This document shows positions 59,096-64,000 of a DNA stretch of 64,000 bases, piece after piece. Position numbers and translations under genes: made by a program. The stretch comes from Candidatus Latescibacterota bacterium. GTDB lineage: Bacteria > Latescibacterota > UBA2968 > UBA8231. The notes beneath the pieces are model-generated. The model was not told the DNA's origin, did not search any database, and saw nothing but the letters and a program-made list of their open reading frames with translations. The stretch lies in NCBI GenBank assembly GCA_963422735.1, contig OY730476.1, positions 3,168,001-3,232,000 on the forward strand, read 5' to 3'. How positions within the stretch are numbered: position 1 is the stretch's first letter; each line of letters starts with the position of its first letter.

Positions 59096-60196
59096 TCAGG
59101 GCGGGGGCAAGAGGCCCTCGCCGTTCCACAATCGGGTCTGCGGCCAGTAGGCCGACCACCCAAACCACATCGAATTATAGGCTGGGATTTGCTCTAACTG
59201 CGCTCCCTTGAGCGGCCCGGCAAGGGCCTCGCCGAGCATGTTCCACTCGCTGCCGGTCTCCACATCGGCAAAGGCCAAGGGCAGGTCTCTGGTGCGGTCG
59301 AGTATGCGGAAGGTCAAAAGCTGGCCATCGACGACGCGGCTGTAGGGAATGGCGGTGACAGTCGCCAAGTGGTAGAGCACGAGTACGGCGCGGTCGCCAA
59401 CGCGATCGTTGATGACTGCCTTATTGGGCATCCTAGTAAAAGGATAGGCCTTGCCCTCGCTGGCGGCTCGCAACCCCAAGACCATTTCCTTGGCCGACAA
59501 GCGGTCGCTGGGCCGTGCGGTGGTCAGCGGAAAAATAATCATCCGGTGGTTGCTGCGATAGTTGCCATAAGGGTAGTGACCATAGGCATCGAGCGGATAG
59601 AGTGCGCGAATAGAGTCCGGGTAGCGGTCGAGGCCGGTCGCCGCTTGGACGACCGTGGTGTGCGGATGCAGCGTGCGCCACAGGCCCCAAGTCGTCTCAA
59701 CCACGGGCAAGAGCTGGAGGAGGCGCCCTCTGTATTCGCCACTAATACCAACGTAGATCATCTGCGGGTACAGGGTTTTCTCGTCGCGGCGGTCGTACAG
59801 CACCAAGTTGCTGTTGAGCACCATGCCGGAGACGCCGAATTCGATTTGTGCTGAGTCTGGGGCCGTCGCGTCAAAAACTAGCCCGGTGCTGGTCAGCGGA
59901 CAGAACGTGACGCTAATGTACTGGCCGCCGAGTTGGTCGTTGATGACTTCGTGCTTCCAGCCAAGGCGATGCGGATAGGCCCGCGCGGCCCCGTTTGCGA
60001 CCACGCCGAGAACTAGGTCTGTATCCGCGAGATAATGCGCGTCTGCCGGCGCAACGCTCTGTGGGTTGGTCAGGGCCGGGATGCCGTCGCGGGGCAGTCC
60101 GCCCGAGTGCAGGTGGTGGGTCAGCTCGCCGAGGCGGTTGTAGATGTCGGCGCGGAGGGGAACGGCGATGAAGAGGGCAAGCAGGATGCGGGTCAT
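59096..60196 (-). CDS. DUF3179-family exported protein
   Basis: DGIPAL..P, ARAYP...L..HE..ND, TFCPL, FGVSG....SNL..YDR, WF.W.A..P.T. Confidence 0.9.
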   Translation of the reverse strand: MTRILLALFIAVPLRADIYNRLGELTHHLHSGGLPRDGIPALTNPQSVAPADAHYLADTDLVLGVVANGAARAYPHRLGWKHEVINDQLGGQYISVTFCPLTSTGLVFDATAPDSAQIEFGVSGMVLNSNLVLYDRRDEKTLYPQMIYVGISGEYRGRLLQLLPVVETTWGLWRTLHPHTTVVQAATGLDRYPDSIRALYPLDAYGHYPYGNYRSNHRMIIFPLTTARPSDRLSAKEMVLGLRAASEGKAYPFTRMPNKAVINDRVGDRAVLVLYHLATVTAIPYSRVVDGQLLTFRILDRTRDLPLAFADVETGSEWNMLGEALAGPLKGAQLEQIPAYNSMWFGWSAYWPQTRLWNGEGLLPPP

Positions 60197-60369
60197 GGCT
60201 TCGGGCACTAGGGAAGCGATGCGGGAGGTTCAATTATACAAGGGAGCCGTTGGATGTCAAACGGCTCCCTCGGATCGTCGCCAGCTTGCAGATGGCTGCG
60301 GACTGCAAGAAGTTACCTACCTTCTGCACAGTCGAGAGACACTTCAAGTTCACTGAGGAGACTGCCATT

Positions 60370-60753
60370 GTGCCCCAGGCCTTCAACCCCCAACCCTTCG
60401 GCATTTTCTCCAGCGCCGCTTGGCAAGCCGAGGGCCGCGTCCTCCATCTCTCGGGCCAAGTGGCCCAAGCCGCCGATGGCCATGCGGTAGGCGTCGGCGA
60501 TATCGAGGTGCAGACGCGCCAAGTTCTGGCCAGTGTGGGAGGCCGTCTAGACGATATTGTCAGGGTGACGGTTTTCGTCGCGGATATGGCTCATCTCGAC
60601 CCGATCCACCGAGTGCGGGCCGAGTACTTCACGCCGCCATATCCAGCCAGTACCCTCGTCGAGGTTAGCCGACTGGTGCGGGCCGAGTACCTCATTGAAA
60701 TAGACGCGGTGGCCTCCATCTCCTACGATCGGGTACAGGAGCCTGTGCCGTGA
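60370..60753 (+). CDS. RidA/YjgF family protein
   Basis: GAGGAG RBS then GTG; LSGQV, YPAST.VEV..L, IEI.A.A. Confidence 0.85.
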   Translation: MPQAFNPQPFGIFSSAAWQAEGRVLHLSGQVAQAADGHAVGVGDIEVQTRQVLASVGGRLDDIVRVTVFVADMAHLDPIHRVRAEYFTPPYPASTLVEVSRLVRAEYLIEIDAVASISYDRVQEPVP

Positions 60754-61127
60754 ACGCCCGCCAAACGGTCAAGGCTTATTTCGCCGCGTTGACAACAGGC
60801 GATGCCGATCAGCTCATTGACCTTCTTTCCCCAGCCGATCACTTTGTCAAGATTGGCACGGAACCCGGGGAATACATCGAGGGTGGGGGCCGCGCTGCTC
60901 AGTACTACTACCACCACGTCGCCAGTACCCGGGATTTTACCATCGACACAGAGCACCTCGATGTGCAGGAGCGCGGTCCGGTGGCTTGGTTCTACACCCG
61001 GCAGCAGTGGCGGCTCAAATGGCAAGGTCAGTACGAGGAACTGGCCCTGCGCTTGACGGGCGTATTGGAGCGGGAAGCGGGCGAGTGGAAGTTCGCGCAG
61101 CTCCACGCTTCCATAGGGGTGGCCTAG
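60750..61127 (+). CDS. NTF2/SnoaL-like protein
   Basis: IGT.PGE, R.TGVL.R..G.WK..Q.H.S. Confidence 0.85.
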   Translation: MNARQTVKAYFAALTTGDADQLIDLLSPADHFVKIGTEPGEYIEGGGRAAQYYYHHVASTRDFTIDTEHLDVQERGPVAWFYTRQQWRLKWQGQYEELALRLTGVLEREAGEWKFAQLHASIGVA

Positions 61128-61172
61128 CGCGGGGGACTTGTGCTGCCGCGTCAACGCTCCATTACTTGCTTA

Positions 61173-61317
61173 GAAGCTGTCTGAAAATTCCTAGTGCCGC
61201 CCCTTGCGTTAAGGAAAAGATATAGGATCGAAAGCATCTCGCTAGATGAAAAACGCTCCACGCGAAGGCCGCTTGACGACTCTTGAGGCGACCCGACAGG
61301 GGTTTTTAGACAGCCTC
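61173..61317. mobile_element. MITE, 145 bp, IS5-like TIRs, TTA target duplication
   Basis: GAAGCTGTCTGAAAATTCCT vs reverse complement of the right end GAGGCTGTCTAAAAACCCCT (16/20); TTA at 61170-61172 and 61318-61320. Confidence 0.75.
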
Positions 61318-61377
61318 TTAGGCTCCTTTTGCGCGTTCTATATTGTATTATTGGCTTGGCTCAACCGGATACATCCC

Positions 61378-63684
61378 ATGCGCAACGCCTTCCTCGTGAG
61401 TGCCCTACTGCTCGCCGCGCCCCTCGCTGGCGACCAACTTCGCATCGCCACCTCGAACGACTGGCACCAATGGAAACTGCCCGGCGACGCCGTCGAAGTC
61501 GCACGCGGTACGCTCAAACCCTCCTTTGTTCGCCGCAATATCAACGCCATCGCCAACGCCTTTGACTTTGCCAGCGGCGGGATCCGCAAAGTGGGATCCA
61601 ACCCCGGCAACGCCCTCAAGCTCATCGATGGCGACCCAGCGACCTACTGGGCTCCCGATCCGAGCACCAGCGTAGAGGAATGGTGGATCGAAGTCGATCT
61701 GGGGCGCGTAGTATCGGCGCACAAAATCGAGCTCCACTTCGCCGCCGGCAGCACCCCGCTGGAGTTTTTCAGAGTCCTTACCTCCGACGGAGAGCCTTTC
61801 TTCAGCAATGCCAATTCCATTCTCCCCGGTACGCTGCGCTACAACAAGCGCTGGCGTTACAGCTTTAACCAAGCACACATCATTGAGATTGACTACCAGC
61901 TTCATCCGCTCAAGAATATCCGCATCGAGGCCGACCTGCCCACTGAGAATGTCCGCCTGAGCGAGGTGGTGGTCGAAAGCATCGGCGACAACCTTTCGCT
62001 GGGGATATGGGGGCGGAGGGGTAGCGTCGAAATTATCTCTGAGGCCACCTCTAAGTTGGGCCGCACCCTCATCGAGTCGAAAGGGATCAGCAATACTCTC
62101 GTCGATGGCGATATTACCACCTATTGGGGCACGGTGCATCGCGGCGGCTCAGGTACGCAACCCGAACAGCAGATCGGTCAGTTCGAAATAGACCTCGGTG
62201 CGCTGTACTGGGTGGACAGGGTGCGAATGCTCGGTGATCCCAGTGGCATCGCGCCTAAAGCGGCTTGTGGCGATTGTGGTCGGAAGCGTCAATTCAACTA
62301 CCTCTGGTACCAACTCTTCGCGTCGGACGGCTCCCGAGCACCGGATGGCTCGCTGAGTTGGGAGCTGTTGGGCGAATTGCCCTCGGACCGCCGCAATCTA
62401 ACGGAAATCCGCCATTTTCAGGAGCGCTTCCCGTTGCGCAAGGTGCGCCACGTGCGGCTGATCTTCCCGATGTCCGAGGGCTTCGAAGCCTTTAACGGCC
62501 GCATCGGCACCACGGCCGAGTGGCAGGTCTTTGGCGAGGGCTACCCGGCCGCAGTGAGGGCGCGTTCACCGATTTACGACCTTGGTTTTGTCCAGCATAT
62601 TGCGGAAATAGCTTGGGAGATCGACGCGCCACCGGGGACTCGCGTCGAAATCCGCAGTCGCACCGGCAACCTCCTCGACAATCAGTACACCTTCTACAAC
62701 AAAAACGGCAAGCAAGTCACCGAGAGGCAATACAATAAGCTGATCCCCAGCTTCAGGGGGGCTATTGACACCGTTCGCATTGCTGGGGCCGACTGGAGCA
62801 ACTGGAGCCGGGCCTACGCGACCTCCGGCCAGATATTCCTCTCGCCCGGCCCTCGGCGCTACGTGCAGTTGGAAATCCGCTTCCTCTCCGAAGATCCTTT
62901 CATCGCTGCGACCTTAGACGCTATCGTCCTCGAATTCAATAACCCGCTGGCCCAAGAGACGCACGCCGAAGTCTTTCCCATTGAGGTCTCCCCCGGCGAA
63001 ATGAGCCAGTTTACCTACTATCTTCGCTCCGACCTAGTCTCGTCCAGCCGTGGCTTTGATCAGATCCAACTCGCCTCCACCGCTGGGGCCACCTTCCGTG
63101 CGCTGCGCCTCGCCGGCGAGGCGGTCGCCGCCATGGTCGAGGAGACCGAAAATGGCTTCAAGATCATCCTCGCGGAGCCGGTGCGACGCTCGGCCCTCAT
63201 CGAAATCGACTTTGAGAGTACCCTCTATCTCAACCAGACTCGCTTCGAAGCCTTTCTCTTCAACAGCACCCTGTCAACTACGTTGCGTCAACAGGTTGAC
63301 CCCGGCGACGCCGAGGCCGCCATTGCCAGCGACCGGATCTTTGTCTCCTTGCCCACCGACGGGCGACTCTTTGCGGACCTGTCGCTATCGAACCGGGTCC
63401 TGACTCCCAATGGCGACGGGATCTCAGACCAGTTGCAAATTGACCTCGACCTGTTCAAAGTGCTCGATCCCCGACCGGTCATCATCGGCGTCTATAATTT
63501 GACTGGCCACCGCGTCGCCCTCATCAGCGACGCGGCCACCACGGCCGGTCGCCAGACCTATCAATGGGACGGACGCGACAGCCAAGGCCGCACTGTCGCG
63601 CCCGGGATCTACATCCTCCGCGTCACGGCTGAAGGCGACGCGCTTACCCGCAGCGAGAATCGCCTGATCTCGGTGGCTTATTGA
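61378..63684 (+). CDS. Large secreted protein with discoidin-like repeats and a C-terminal FlgD Ig-like domain
   Basis: Signal peptide; repeated DGD..T.W and DLG; C-terminal TPNGDG..D, YNL.G..V, WDGRD..G..V.PG.Y. Confidence 0.85.
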   Translation: MRNAFLVSALLLAAPLAGDQLRIATSNDWHQWKLPGDAVEVARGTLKPSFVRRNINAIANAFDFASGGIRKVGSNPGNALKLIDGDPATYWAPDPSTSVEEWWIEVDLGRVVSAHKIELHFAAGSTPLEFFRVLTSDGEPFFSNANSILPGTLRYNKRWRYSFNQAHIIEIDYQLHPLKNIRIEADLPTENVRLSEVVVESIGDNLSLGIWGRRGSVEIISEATSKLGRTLIESKGISNTLVDGDITTYWGTVHRGGSGTQPEQQIGQFEIDLGALYWVDRVRMLGDPSGIAPKAACGDCGRKRQFNYLWYQLFASDGSRAPDGSLSWELLGELPSDRRNLTEIRHFQERFPLRKVRHVRLIFPMSEGFEAFNGRIGTTAEWQVFGEGYPAAVRARSPIYDLGFVQHIAEIAWEIDAPPGTRVEIRSRTGNLLDNQYTFYNKNGKQVTERQYNKLIPSFRGAIDTVRIAGADWSNWSRAYATSGQIFLSPGPRRYVQLEIRFLSEDPFIAATLDAIVLEFNNPLAQETHAEVFPIEVSPGEMSQFTYYLRSDLVSSSRGFDQIQLASTAGATFRALRLAGEAVAAMVEETENGFKIILAEPVRRSALIEIDFESTLYLNQTRFEAFLFNSTLSTTLRQQVDPGDAEAAIASDRIFVSLPTDGRLFADLSLSNRVLTPNGDGISDQLQIDLDLFKVLDPRPVIIGVYNLTGHRVALISDAATTAGRQTYQWDGRDSQGRTVAPGIYILRVTAEGDALTRSENRLISVAY

Positions 63685-63783
63685 TGGACAAGATCATCAC
63701 CGACCAATCGCAGCGTCGCTGTTTTCTGTTCCTCTCAGCAGCCCTCCGCTTATCAGGCGTGGTGAGGGGATGAGGAAGCGATA

Positions 63784-64000
63784 GTGCGGCCTCTGTCCGA
63801 GTCCTTCGGATTTCTCCGTGGCAATGTCCTCGTGCTCACCATGTCGGGAAGTCTAGGCATGTTCTCCCGGGCTATGGTATTCCCGTACGTCCCCCTCTAC
63901 ATCTTGGCCCTCGGCGGCGAGCCGGAGCAGATCGGGATAGTTTACGCCCTAGGGCCTCTCGGCGGGCTGATCGCGTTTCCGATCGCCGGCTATCTTGCCG
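63784..64000 (+). CDS. MFS transporter, N-terminal fragment (runs off window)
   Basis: Translates to hydrophobic helices with PY.PLYI..LG....IG and P.AGYLA(D) leading into motif A. Confidence 0.75.
   Translation, partial: MRPLSESFGFLRGNVLVLTMSGSLGMFSRAMVFPYVPLYILALGGEPEQIGIVYALGPLGGLIAFPIAGYLA

Noticed and set aside
1-64000. tRNA, rRNA, integrase, transposase or phage structural genes
   Set aside because: None recognised by eye or in the ORF track; a covariance-model scan would be needed to exclude small RNAs.

Overview
High-GC bacterial chromosomal window. Its gene content (PhyH dioxygenases, sulfatase-like hydrolase, several TIM-barrel isomerases and enolase-family enzymes, a FlgD-Ig secreted protein) resembles Latescibacterota/Gemmatimonadota-like marine or sponge-associated genomes; this is an inference, not a database result. 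It opens with a collapsed type I-C CRISPR-Cas locus: the cas3 3' end, then cas5 running directly into a 4-repeat array, with no cas8c/cas7/cas4/cas1/cas2 or leader between them. Next come an FAD oxidoreductase, an ECF sigma/anti-sigma/DUF4252/Omp85-like operon, a divergent citrate synthase / HTH-citrate synthase pair, hflX, a sigma54-driven atypical two-component pair, a 9-gene Mrp antiporter operon, serS, folD, glgP, peptidases, glcD/glcF, serC, ssb and metabolic genes. Non-obvious elements are two MITEs with TIRs and target-site duplications, an eroded duplicate of the PhyH gene junction, fused remnants of a DNA methylase and an MNT antitoxin, heptamer-based tandem repeats, an unannotated small-peptide/HTH/ssb operon, and a lower-GC 4-TM + vWA two-gene cassette of unknown function. 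No rRNA or tRNA was recognised. Protein family calls come from motif recognition, not searches.
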